NCBI GenBank assembly: GCA_001724265.1
Contig: MEDY01000019.1
Span: 1 to 64,000, forward strand
Origin: Rhizaria sp. SCN 62-66
Lineage: Eukaryota
Direction of reading: 5' to 3'
Length of the DNA: 64,000 nucleotides
The notes under the pieces are model-generated. The model was given only the letters and a program-made list of their open reading frames with translations. It was not told the origin of the DNA and ran no database searches. Position numbers and translations under genes: made by a program. Positions 28,801 to 39,451 of this stretch are shown in pieces (the first letter of the stretch is position 1; every line of letters begins with the position of its first letter).

Positions 28801-29030
28801 ACGAGCGAGAATGACGATGTGTGAGAAGCGTCGGCGGTGGGAATCGTAAAAGCAGCGCGATCAAACTGAGCCTTAACTGACACCGTCTTCGCCGAGAGAC
28901 TGCGCGTTGGCGTGCCGGAGAACGAGACTGTGAAGGCTGTGTGATTGGTCGCGAAAACAACGCACGCCAGCGTCGCCAAGATCAGCAGCAGGGCGCTGAT
29001 CTTGGCGCGGAGGCGCAAAAAGAGTTGCAT
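1887..29030 (-). CDS. Giant (~9,047 aa) multi-pass cell-surface receptor/adhesion-like protein. Order: signal peptide, two arrays of Cys-containing beta-rich repeats, two beta-propeller-like regions, 8 sushi/CCP, Ca-binding EGF, IPT/TIG-like, CxxC Cys-rich repeats, ~9-TM C-terminal module. One in-frame TAG at 25413-25415
   Basis: ORFs 25413..29108 and 1887..25361 are in the same frame, separated by one TAG plus 17 sense codons (…GAC TCT ACG TAG TAC CTG AGC…). ATG at 29030 begins a signal peptide (MQLFLRLRAKISALLLILATLACVVFA); the downstream ORF has none. Ends TAA at 1887-1889. No introns are needed. Confidence 0.85.
2570..5575 (-). other. Multi-pass (~9 TM) C-terminal module, split by a ~640-aa hydrophilic insertion
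   Basis: Three hydrophobic helices at ~5575-5195 and six at ~3270-2570. The motif AFLYRGY…YYW…RK…RPF is typical of a widespread protist multi-TM family resembling the fungal Flc/Pkd2 'TRP' domain (by-eye recognition). Confidence 0.65.
5590..8160 (-). other. IPT/TIG-like repeats followed by CxxCxxG Cys-rich (ephrin-receptor/GCC2-GCC3-like) repeats
   Basis: TIG-like text (PTIDSIEGC…GGNVLVIRGHNFG…ATVTIGGISC…VRCHVPPGTG) is followed by CQACFPGEY, CTQCPSGTH, CESCPAGTYS, CILCPRGMFS, CAQCVPGTYA and a juxtamembrane LCTVCEPGY. Confidence 0.75.
8180..8292 (-). other. Calcium-binding EGF-like domain within the giant protein
   Basis: CIDVDEC…C…CINTFGSFVC matches the cbEGF pattern, although the final Cys pair is incomplete. 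Confidence 0.75.
8290..10055 (-). other. Eight tandem sushi/CCP domains within the giant protein
   Basis: Eight C…(Y/F/T)xCxxG(Y/F/T)…xC…W…C units, e.g. TYSCNTGY…CAWNGW…PIC and TYVCPSGY…RRCLSDGTW…VC. Boundaries approximate. Confidence 0.85.
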
Positions 29031-29826
29031 GCGCGCTGTGTGAGAGCGGCCGGGAAGCCGATGTGATGCGAGCAGCAGAAGAGCAGGCAGGGGGAGGCGC
29101 GCGCGCACCTGTTCGTCTTTGGCTATTTGCTCTTGTCAGAGGAAGGCCAAAATGCGTGTTTCAAAAGGCGATGGATACGAGAGAGGGGGGAGATCGCGCG
29201 ACTACTAGATAGAGTCCAGCAAGTTGATCTTTTTTTCCAATCAAAGTCCACTAGCGACAGGTTCTGTCACTACAAAAGGGCGTTAAACAAAGGGGGCAGG
29301 CATCGAAAAAGCAGTTTGAGTGTGCACTCTGGACGGAATTGCAGGGATGCTATATCAATATCAATGCACTTTTGAAATAAAAAGAATAAAATATTATGCA
29401 TGTTCTTTGCGTTTCATTCATCATACGCCGATGCTCCGACGATTCGCCCCAGAAAAGTGACTTTTAAGTTGTGTCTCTGGCTAGGGCTGAGGGGTGACGA
29501 ACGGCCGTCAGACTGGCGGCAGTGAGACAAGTTGTGAAACCTAAGAGAATCCGCGGTTCAGGCTTCAAATCGCGACACGTCGTCTGAGAGACAAAACTCT
29601 GTGCGAACAAAATCCCGACCTTCGCGTATAGTAACTTAATTTGTATTTTATGAATCAGGAAAGTGGCTGGCCCACTCTCGTCTAGATATATCCCGCAAAT
29701 CCCCATTCTTAAATGCAGAAGCACAAATGAACGTATGTCGCACTCGCTCCACATCGCACAACAGAGCTCTAAGTTGTCACATCGTCACACAACAACACGA
29801 CAATATAGCTACTTCTATCACTGCAT

Positions 29827-31680
29827 TCACTTCGCTGCGCTCTGTGCTGCTCCAGGGTGACTCCCAGCCGTCGCCGTCGCAGTGGCTGCTGCAGCTGTTG
29901 CCGTCGCGGGGGCATGCTGCGGCGCCGCCGCGTGCCTCCCGGCGTGCCCGGCGACGACCTGTGCGTCAATGAACGCGTCAAGCATGAGCTTCGCGGCGAC
30001 ACGCGAGGTGAGCCTGTTCTCGACCAAGTCCTTTTCCACGGACGTAATCACGCCCTCGACCTGGGCGAACTTGCGCATGCGGCCCAAGAGCTCGTCGTTG
30101 AGCTGCGACCACATCCACTGCCGCCGCTGCATCGCGCGCTTGGCGTGCAAGATGCTCAGCTTGCCCGCAACCTTCGCGCTCTCAGCGCTCGTCCACCCGG
30201 TGAAGGCGTCGTGGCCGAATGAGCGCGAGTTGCGCGTGAACTCGTGCGCGGGCTTCATCATCGCGTGCTCGAACTCGAGCACGCGACCCCAGATCCCGTC
30301 CAGATAGGCCTCCGTGCCCTCGGTGGCCGAGCAAAGCACCGCGATGGGGCTCCACCCGTACGACAGACTGGCCGCGTGGTAGAACGACAGCCCGCGCTCG
30401 TAGTCGGCGCGCGTGCGCTGCGCGGTGCCCAGCAGCGCGCCGTCGGCCTTGGTGACAACGATCATGTCCGCGACCTCCATGATGCCCTTCTTGATGCCCT
30501 GGAGCTCGTCGCCGCCGCCGGGCCCCATGAGCACGATCACCATGTCCACGGTCTGAGCGACGGTGACCTCGCTCTGCCCCACGCCGACCGTCTCGACCAG
30601 CACGACGTCGTAGCCGGCCGCCTCGCACAGCTGCACGGCCTCGGCCGTGTTCTGCGCCACGCCGCCCAGCGTGCCGCGCGACGGCGACGGGCGCACGTAC
30701 GCCGTCGTCTCCATCGATAGTTGCTGCATGCGCGTTTTGTCACCCAGTATGCTGCCACCGGTGATCTGCGACGACGGGTCGATGCTCAGCACCGAGACCT
30801 TGATGCCGTACTTCTGCGTCAGGTACATGCCAAACGCCTCGATGAAGGTCGACTTGCCGACGCCGGGCGTGCCCGAGATGCCGATGCGCAGCTTCGACCG
30901 CGGACGCCCGCGCTGCTGCTTCAGGATCGTCTCCGCAAGCTCGCTGGCGGGCACGCCCGCGTAGATGTCCACGGCGTCACCCGTGACGCCGGAGGACACG
31001 GCGCTGGAGAGCTGCGCGCGCACGCCCAGAGAGGATGAGATCGACGAGGACACCGCACGGCTACGGATCTGCGAGAGTCACAGCAGCAAAGATGACGAGA
31101 TAACATGTTAGAAAAGCTGAAATATGAAATCACATCAATGCAATTTCAATATATAAATACTATTTTGCACTTCAAAAACAGTATAACTTAGCTTGGTCAC
31201 AGTATGAAAACATCTAGATCGTCAAATCTGGAAATCTCCTGTTTGTGAAAAAGAGCGTGTGTGGCGTACCTGCGAGGTCTCGGCCATGTGGGCGAGAATT
31301 GAGACGAGAAGCGAGTTGGCAAGCTCCCGATGCGCCGGATTCGTCGACTCAACCAGCGTAATGCCGCGGGAGAGACTGCGGCGGCACCCAGAGAGGATGC
31401 CGTCGCGAATCTTAGCGATATCAGCAGGCAACACGACAGTCACAGGAGTCGAGTAGGCAGAAGCAGGCGCAGCCGCGGCAGCCGCGCTCGTGGAAAAGCA
31501 AGACGCTGCAGAAAGACTGCGCAGAAATGTAGTGGATGCAGAGGTCGACGAGCGAGGTCCAAAAACGGTGGAGGAAGGGGCAGTCGATTGTGCGGAGGTT
31601 GGGAAGGGCGAAGGCATGCCACTCTTAGGCAGCCGCGCCAAAGCGCGGGATACCGAAGCGGAGACACGCCGTGACAGCAT
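29827..31680 (-). CDS. MMAA: Methylmalonic aciduria type A / MeaB GTPase, mitochondrial (550 aa). Exons 31680-31270 and 31068-29827
   Basis: RRSLSRGITLVES; P-loop IGISGTPGVGKSTFIE; LSIDPSS…GGSILGDKTRM; YVRPSPSRGTLGGV; VETVGVGQSE; GGGDELQGIKKGIMEVAD; TKAD. Arg/Ser-rich N-terminal presequence. Phase-0 intron 31069-31269 (GTACGC…CAG). Stop TGA. Confidence 0.95.
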
Positions 31681-32249
31681 GCTGCAACGAAATAAATATT
31701 GTTTTATGTGAGATAAAATTGCGAGCGTCAGTTTCACAAGAAAGCATTGAATATTAAGCTCAATCATGCAGCTTGTCGGGGCTTGCGTCATCGTCAAATC
31801 TCCCGGTCGAGGGGGAAGGGCCTACCACTCGTCCTGTTTTCAATGTCCAGATATCTCAAGTCTCATCGTCAACAGTCCTGCTGTGGTGCTAAGTTGCGTT
31901 TTTTCTGTTATCAATTCTATTTTTTATAATTAAATGCTTCGTGCTCACTGATCCCTTGCTATGGCCCTCTCGCCTTCAATTCCTGCTCACCGCTCCTCTT
32001 GCTGCTCCTTTGGTCTCTCTCTTTCCAGGCCTCGCGGCTTCCCCTTGGATCCTTTAACAACAACGAGGGGTTCATAATAAATTGCTTGCGTTAAAGCTGA
32101 CTTGAGTCACTGGGCCTTTGTTAAGTCGCCTTTTCTCTTTTGCAAGAGCGTCAGTTTCCCCGCCGCGCTTCCTCCCCTTTCCATCCTTCTCTCGCGCCCT
32201 CACTGCGCACGCACGCTCTAAGGCGTTCATTCACCTTTGCCGTTGTGCC
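31681..32249. promoter_or_regulatory. Divergent intergenic region between MMAA and the SOD-like gene
   Basis: Head-to-head genes 569 nt apart, with a central AT-rich tract near 31920. Inferred from layout only. Confidence 0.4.
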
Positions 32250-32954
32250 ATGAGCAGCTTCCGCGCTCGCCGCAGCGGCTACGATGACCAGACGGACGAT
32301 GATGCGAACCCGGCGATCCTGCAGACGTCGATCTCGTCGCCCAAAACGACGCTGACCAAGAAGCTCGCCGTCGTCGTGTTCCTCGTCTCGGCCATTTGCA
32401 TCGGCCTCATCACCGCGCTCGTCGTGCTCATGACCTCACACGTGTCGGGCAACATTGGCTACGCCGTGTGCGACTTCTACTCCGAGTTCGCGCTGAACAA
32501 ACTCAATAAAGTCACCGGCCGCATCACTCTGGTCGACGGAACAGACGGCGTGACGTTTAAGTACAACATCACGGGACTCAAGCCGAACCAGAAGCACGCG
32601 GTGTTCCTGCACACGTACGCCGGGAACCCCGCGCACGGGGCGACGCAGCTGCTGGCGTCCACGGGCAGCGTCTTCAACCCCGGGAACTCGCCGCACGGCT
32701 GCCCGACCTCGATGCGGCGCCGCGCGGGCGACATCCCCGACCTCTCGGCCGACGCCGACGGCAACTCCAAGACGCGCGAGTCAACCTCGGCTTCGCAGCT
32801 TATCCGCATGGAGGGCGACTGGGGCGTGGTGGGGCGCTCGATTGTCATTTACGACAAGGACAACGCCGACTGCCAGAACAACCCGCAGGGCCTCAACATG
32901 GGCAACCCCTACGGTCTGTGCCAGATTGTCGTCAGGGAAACGCCCAACGCGTAA
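32250..32954 (+). CDS. Type II membrane protein with a degenerate Cu/Zn superoxide dismutase fold (234 aa)
   Basis: One TM (LAVVVFLVSAICIGLITALVVLM), then SOD1-like motifs: ITGLKP..KHAVFLH, STGSVFNP, HGCP, AGDI, VVGRSIVI, C-terminal CQI. Stop TAA. Confidence 0.8.
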   Translation: MSSFRARRSGYDDQTDDDANPAILQTSISSPKTTLTKKLAVVVFLVSAICIGLITALVVLMTSHVSGNIGYAVCDFYSEFALNKLNKVTGRITLVDGTDGVTFKYNITGLKPNQKHAVFLHTYAGNPAHGATQLLASTGSVFNPGNSPHGCPTSMRRRAGDIPDLSADADGNSKTRESTSASQLIRMEGDWGVVGRSIVIYDKDNADCQNNPQGLNMGNPYGLCQIVVRETPNA

Positions 32955-33771
32955 TTTTCCGCGGCGTATTAAGGTACCGTTGATTGTGGCGCTGTATATA
33001 GTTGAAGGAAATTGTGTGGTTGATGCTACACGTTGCTGTATGCTGCTGAGTGTGTGTTTTAGCACAGCAGCGAGGATTACAAAGGAGACCATTCTAAGAA
33101 ATAAACGAGCTAAAATGAACTTCCGCGTTTTAAAAATAAAACCGTGATATAAATCACGTTTGTTTATATCTTGACATTGTAGTTTTCAACTCGTAATTAT
33201 TTCTTCGTCATGCTTTGCACGTTGAAATAGCGCAAAAATCAGTTGCCCACAGTCGCGTGCTTCGAGTCGATCGGCTTCACTGGGGCAGGCATGCGGTCTT
33301 GGAAGGGAGTAATTCGAGAAACAAGCCGTTCGAGCAGTGGCTTTCGAAGCGCATATATGGTTTCTATACTCCGTATATTGTTTGTTTTATTTGCTTGTAG
33401 TCCGTAGAAAAACGTTGAAACTTCATGACAGACGATTTGCTTCCGACTTAAGGGGGAGCAAGCAGGCTACATTCCCCTCGCCTTAGAACCTGTCATAGCC
33501 GCTTTCTTCCGCCTTATCATGCGATATAACCAAATCATTTAGTTTATAAGTCCTGTTTTCTATTTTTATTCACCTGTATCACTCCATAATCTCCGCGTAC
33601 TGCTGTTTAAATCGATTCACCGCCCTCCTCATCCTGTCTGCCCCTCGCGCCTCCCTCCACAGTATCTTCCCTTCGTTTCCCCAACCCCCGTCCGCTTTCC
33701 CGTTCGCACTTGCGTCCTTTTCTTTCGTTTGTCTCTTTTTTTTCGGCGCGATTGTTCGTGTCGCCCTCCCG

Positions 33772-36457
33772 ATGGCCTCCAACACGCCCACCATCCGGGC
33801 GCCGCAGCACTCCGCGCCACTGCGGCCCCCGCCCAGCGCGGCCCTGCCGCAGCCGCAGGCCCCGCTGCCGCCCGCCCCGACAAACCGGCCGCCGCCGAAG
33901 CCGCTGTCGAACGACGCGTCGCCGCACTTTGCCAGTAGTGACCCCCACGCCGCAGCCCCGGCTCTGCCCGCTCTCTCTCTGCAAGCGCACCAGCAGTATC
34001 AGCAACAACAGCAACAGCAGCAGCTGCAGCAGCGCGTGACCGTCTCGCCCACCCCCGCCGCCGCCGCCGCCGCGCCCCCGTCGTCCTCGTCTTTTGCGGT
34101 CTATGCCCCGCATCAGCGCCAGCAGCCACAGCACAGCCCCACCGCATCCTCCTCGTCGTCGTCGACGTCATCCGCGGTGACCGTGGAGGAGCTGCGCGCC
34201 CGGTGCGACGACCTGGCCCGCAAGTTGGCCGAGAGCGAGCGCGAAAACCTCGCGCTGAAGCAGGAGGTGGAGACGCTGCGCGTTGAGCGCCGCATTGCCG
34301 ACGCCCTGTCGTCCAACAACGCGGGCAATACCATCCGCACGCCCTCGCGCAACGCGCCCACACTCAGAGGCACGCAGCGCCGCGCCAACATCGTCACCAG
34401 CCCGTCCGCCGCCGCCGCCGCTGCCGCTGCCGCCGCCGCCGCCGCCGCTGCCGCGGGCAACAGCGTGTACGCTGCGACCACCATCCGCGCCCCCGCGTCC
34501 GCTGCGCCCGGACTGCCTCCGGCGAGCGCGACCACGTTTGCGTTCGGCGGCAACACGATCCGCAAGCCCGCGCCCACGATCCCAGCCGGCGCCGGCAGCG
34601 CGGGCGCCGCGGCGACGGGGCCGGCGCACGCTGCCAAGAGCGCCTACTGCGGCGGCGGCGACGGCCCTGACCAGGACGACTGTCCGCCGCCGCCGCCGCC
34701 CGACGACGGCGTCCGCCACCACGGCGCGCCCAACAGCAACAACAGCAACGACGGCGCGACGATTCGCGGCGGGCTGGTGCCGCCGCCGCCCTCCGGGCCT
34801 GCGCCGCCAGTGCCGCCCGCGCCCATCGCCACACTGCCCCGCGGCAACAGCGCAAGCAGCGCCGGCGGCCCTGGCTACGGCACCGGCTCCACGGCGCACG
34901 CGCCGCAGTCGCTGCCGTTCGTATCGGCCGCGTCGCCCACGGCCGCGTCGGGCGCCACGGGGGCGGGGACGCCCCTGGGCACCCCGGCGTCGCCTGTCGC
35001 GCTGCCCGCGAGCTACGACTGGGACGACGCCGGAAGTGGCAACGGCTACGGCAGCGGCGGCAACATCTCCTCGGCGGCGCGCGCACGGCTGATCCAGACG
35101 ACCTTTGACCACTGGGCCGCGCAGGCGTGGATGCGCATCAACCGCAACTACGCCGCCGTGTCGCCCGACGTCTCGGACTTTTACCTGCTCGAAATCGCCG
35201 AAATCATCGACGTCGCGCGCGACGAAGAAGAGGCGCGCGCGCGGCTCGACGTCGCGCTCAGGGGCTTCACCACGAGCGCGTGGCGCCTCCTCCGCAAGAT
35301 CGGCAGCGGCGGCTTTGGCGCCGTCTACCTGGTACGCCATTTAAAGAATTTAGTATCGCTTTGTTGACTGCATTTACATTCATAATTGGTTTCACTAGTT
35401 GGATAGTGTCACCTATTATTGTACATGTATATATGTTATATTTGCTTTAAATCTAACTCACCTTGCAAAATATCAATCATTCTTCTTTGTTTTTCTCAAA
35501 ACTACAGGGTCTTTCTCGTGAGAACCCTAACCTGAACGTTGCGATCAAGGTTGTCTCGCTGGAGGACGCCGAGGACGACGTGGCGGTGATCCACCGCGAG
35601 ATCCAGGCGATGTCGATCAACGGCGTGGGCGGTGACCGCGGTCCGCAGCAGCTCATCAAGTACTACGGGTCCGAGATGCACGGCGCTAAGTTGTGGATCG
35701 TGATGGAGTATATCGACGGCGGGTCCTTCCTCGACGTGCTTAAATCGCTGCCCAACGGCCGGCTGCAGGAGCAGCACGCGGCGATCGTGGCTCGCGAGGT
35801 GCTGCTCGGTCTGCAGCACCTGAACCGCGAGGGACAGATCCACCGCGACATTAAGGCCGCCAACGTGCTCATCAAGACCGACGGCACGGTCAAGCTGGCC
35901 GACTTCGGCGCCTCGCGTACGCTGACCAACACCATGACCAAGTGCAACACCTTCGTCGGCTCGCCGTACTGGATGGCGCCCGAGGTGATGCTACAGAAGG
36001 ACTACGATCACCAGGTCGACGTATGGTCGCTCGGCATCACCGTCTACGAGCTGGTCGTGGGTAAGCCCCCGCTGGCTAACGTCAACCCCATGAGCGCGCT
36101 CACAGTACGTTCTCCTCCACTTATTGATGTTATATAGCGCCATATATCGCTGGAAATATTTGTTCTTGTTAAATTATTGAATTTGTATTCTCATATTCTC
36201 ATATTTCTTCTTTTGTCAACATCTTTTTTTTCCTCCTCTGCGCACAGTGCATTATCCGCGATCCGGCGCCGACGCTGTCGGGCCTGTCGGCGACTCACAG
36301 CCCGTACTCGCGCGACATCAACGACTTCATGTCGCGCTGTCTTGTCAAAGACCCCGCGGCGCGTGCCACCATCGCTGAGCTGCTTGACTCCAAGTTCATC
36401 CGGTCTGCGCGCAAATGCAGCGACCTCGCCGTGCTCGCCAAGAACCTCACCGTCTAA
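33772..36457 (+). CDS. STE20/GCK-type (MST3/STK24/25-like catalytic domain) Ser/Thr kinase with a long N-terminal Pro/Ala-rich extension (788 aa). Exons 33772-35331, 35508-36104, 36248-36457
   Basis: IGSGGFGAVY, VAIK, LWIVMEYIDGGS, IHRDIKAANVL, VKLADFG, NTFVGSPYWMAPEV, DVWSLGIT. Exon 3 (CIIRDPAPTL…DFMSRCLVKDPAARATIAELL…KFI) completes subdomain XI. Both introns are GTACG…CAG, phase 0. Stop TAA. Confidence 0.9.
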
Positions 36458-37800
36458 GGGGCCAAGTGCGGATCTAAACGCTCTTCGGCGGCGTCAAAGT
36501 ATCTGTTTTCGGGAATGAGTCTCTCTCTTTTTCTCTTCTTCTAACTAAAGTTAATGTAAGTGTCCATCAATGAATAACACACTGATGTTGTTGCTGTTTG
36601 TTGCTCCGTTTCACGACTTGGCGTTCTGAATGAAACCCTTGGTTGGTGGAGCTTTTGGCTGCTGTTCACTGCTCTATAAGTCGTTGAAGTCGTCTTTTTT
36701 GTGTTCTGTATCACCTGCTGTTGCATCCTTGCTCATTTGTCGTGTTTGTCTTCTAAACACAGTCATGGTGTAAGTCGACAGCAAAGCAGAGTTTCTACAC
36801 AAGCAGGCAACACCCGTAGTTGTCAAGACCAACCTCTCTGTAATGGATATCATTCACAGCCAAAACGCTCCACGATCAGTGCGTCTTGAGGCCTCAGTGC
36901 TGCTGTGCAGTGGCAGGTGTTATTGTCGCTCTTTTTTTTTTTCGGCTGTATGGTAGATTGAGTATGACTACTCCGTTTGACGTATTCTATTTGTGTTTGT
37001 GTTGTCTGGGTTATTTTACTTTTTTGTTTCTCCAGTGAATCATATCTTGTTTCACTCGCTTATCCTTCTTTTCTTGGCTTTTTGGATGTTTCGTAAGCTT
37101 ATGTTAATACTCGTTTTAGTCGCTGTAGTATTATGTGTTTCTTTTGTTCTTTTACTTGTGTCTTGCTCTCTTTGTTTTGAACTTGCCCTGTGATCGCTTT
37201 GATATCCATCACCACTCTTGTTATAATTGTTACTTTGCTTCAAGTCTACAGTGTTTTAGCAGCGTAACTCTCATATCATGTGATGTTGTATGACCGACAC
37301 ATCGTGCTGTCCTTTTGTCGCGTATTCTTGTTGTTTTGTCTCTCATTATATTGGCGGTATCTCAGCTTAATACAACCATATTACGCCGAGTTATTGTTCG
37401 GTTTTGTCTCAGTTGCTTGTCTTATTTTCTTAATCACAACGACACACCTCATGTTTCTTTCAACTGTTGACGTTCTGATCAACGATCGTTACGTGCATTT
37501 ATGCGTACATTCCATAATTTGTTTCAGCTCCTTTGTGGAATCCATTTTGCGTCACACTTACTTCGTACAAGTATCTCTTTGCTTTCACTCTCAGAGCTAT
37601 AGCTCAGTTTACTTTGCTCTTGCTTCCTTTTATTCCTTCTGGTTTTAATAATAAGATCATTCCGTCACCAGTATCTTCGTTTTGTGTGTGTGTGCGTGCG
37701 TGTTTTGTAGGTGCAATTGTTATAGTACGTACGTTAAGTTTGTTATGTAACTTCGTCCAATAAATTTTAAAAAAATGTTAAACGAAACTCTTTCAGTCAA
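36458..37800 (+). other. Long T-rich non-coding tract, probable 3' UTR of the kinase
   Basis: Strong T>A skew on the + strand after the kinase stop, and no GC-rich exon-like sequence. Confidence 0.45.
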
Positions 37801-37918
37801 TGTGTTTTTGTATTGCATGGAATTAAAAAATTGTTCGATTGACATTCGCAGAGTCTCTTACGTTAATTACATTCTTCAAGACTCAGCGCACGTCTCGGCA
37901 GACCGTACTTGCATTTAG

Positions 37919-39451
37919 TTAATGAGTGTGCGCGTTGACAAAGCGCTCAAACTCGGGGCGCCACTCAGGCATTGTATGCAGGCCGAGATCGTTGAGGCGG
38001 GCGTTAATCACGCTCGCTGGTGCGGACGAGAGCAGCAGACGCGCGCGCTCACGGTCCACCTCGTTGAAGCGGGTGTGTGCCTCATCCTCATCGTCGTCGT
38101 CATCGTCGTCGTCCTCAGCGTCAGTCTCGTCACTGTCGTCATCATCGTCGTCGTCGTCCATCGAGATCGTCACTCCGTTGTCGGCAACGCGGGTGCTCGA
38201 GCGAGTCGCCGCGGGGGGCGCAGACGGTGTGACGATGCCGCCAGTCACGGCGGCGGCAACCGAGTCCGCGGCGCTGCGCGGGGCCGGCTCGGCGGTGATC
38301 GCGGGCACGCCGGCGGGGGCAGAGGCAGTGGGGTGAATGCGGGGCGGCGCCGGCACTGACGCGGGGGCATTGTTGCTGCTTTCATTACCCTCAGCCGCAG
38401 TAGCAGCAGTCTCGGATGCGGCGGCGAGTGTAGGCGGCTCAGGCTTGTTGCTGTCGCTGTCGGTGCTTGTGTGAGTTGTTGCGGTCTCAGCTTCTGACTC
38501 AGTCTCGACCGCGAACGCGCGCACAGAGCGGCCGCGAGCGTTGCCGTTACCGCTACTGCGAGCAGCAGCGGGGGGCGGCGCGTTGCCGCGGGGGCCAGAG
38601 TACTCAGTCCACTGAATAAACCCGTCGCGGTTGGCGTCATCCTGCTCAAGCAGCTGCTGCGCGACGCGCGCCAGCTCGTTCGCAGGCACGCCCTTGTTGC
38701 GCAGCCACACGGTCAGCTCCTGCTTGGACAGCTTGGCGTCGCGGTTCGTGTCGATCTCGGCGAACAAGTTCGGCGGAGTTGCGGTGCTGACAAGGTCGAG
38801 CGTAATCTCGAGGGTGGCGCCGGGGGGAATGCCAAGGTTGTTTGTGTTGGCGTTGTTATTGTTGGTCGCCTCACCGAACCCCCACTCAGGAGGAACTGTC
38901 AGCCGGCGCTGCTCGCCAACGCACATGCCGATGACGCCGTAAGACCAGCCGGGAATAGTGTCATCGCTGCCGGCAATAAGGCGCATGGGCGAATCACGGG
39001 CCGAGGAGTCGACAACACGGCCGCGCTGACCAGCGGCGGATGTCGGAGCAATGCGGACTCTGTATGAGACAGTGGCCAGGTCGCCTAGAGCCACCTTGCC
39101 AGAGCTAAGTACAGGTTCAATAGAACAAATCAATAAAAGATTGCCAAGCAGTTCGCTAAACGATACGTTTTTTTAAGTTGATTAGAGGATGCCAACGCGG
39201 TACTTCAAAGATATTGCAATTATAAAGAGAGTGGAAGCAAGCGCTCACGCTAGATTGCATAGAGCAGACAATTATCGCCTGAGTACGTACCCGCAGTTAC
39301 CCTGACGAAGAGTCTCGCTCTTAAAGCCGCTAGGAGGGCGGATGTCCTCAAAGGGCACAGGAGCAGAATGATGCGTAGAGGTTGCAGAGATGGCGAGAAC
39401 GCAGAAGGCGCAGACGCAAATCGTCGCCAATAGTAGCTTCCCGAAAAGCAT
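37919..39451 (-). CDS. Secretory FKBP-type PPIase-like protein with EF-hand pair (FKBP7/14-like) and a long acidic/low-complexity tail (448 aa). Exons 39451-39291 and 39104-37919
   Basis: Signal peptide; IPGWSYGVIGMCVGEQRRLTVPPEWGFG; EF-hands NLFAEIDTNRDAKLSKQEL and DDANRDGFIQWTEY. Phase-2 intron GTACGT…TAG. Stop TAA. Confidence 0.88.

Noticed and set aside
25413-29108. Treating the 1231-aa ORF as a separate secreted protein from the 7824-aa ORF
   Set aside because: Same frame and only 51 GC-rich nt between them, with no AT-rich intergenic DNA. The repeat array continues across the junction and the downstream ORF lacks a signal peptide.
29465-29595. Possible tRNA/structured RNA (GCCGTCAGACTGGCGGC hairpin, GGTTCAGGCTTCAAATC)
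   Set aside because: I could not fold a cloverleaf or find proper A/B boxes. No suppressor tRNA is visible to me in this window.
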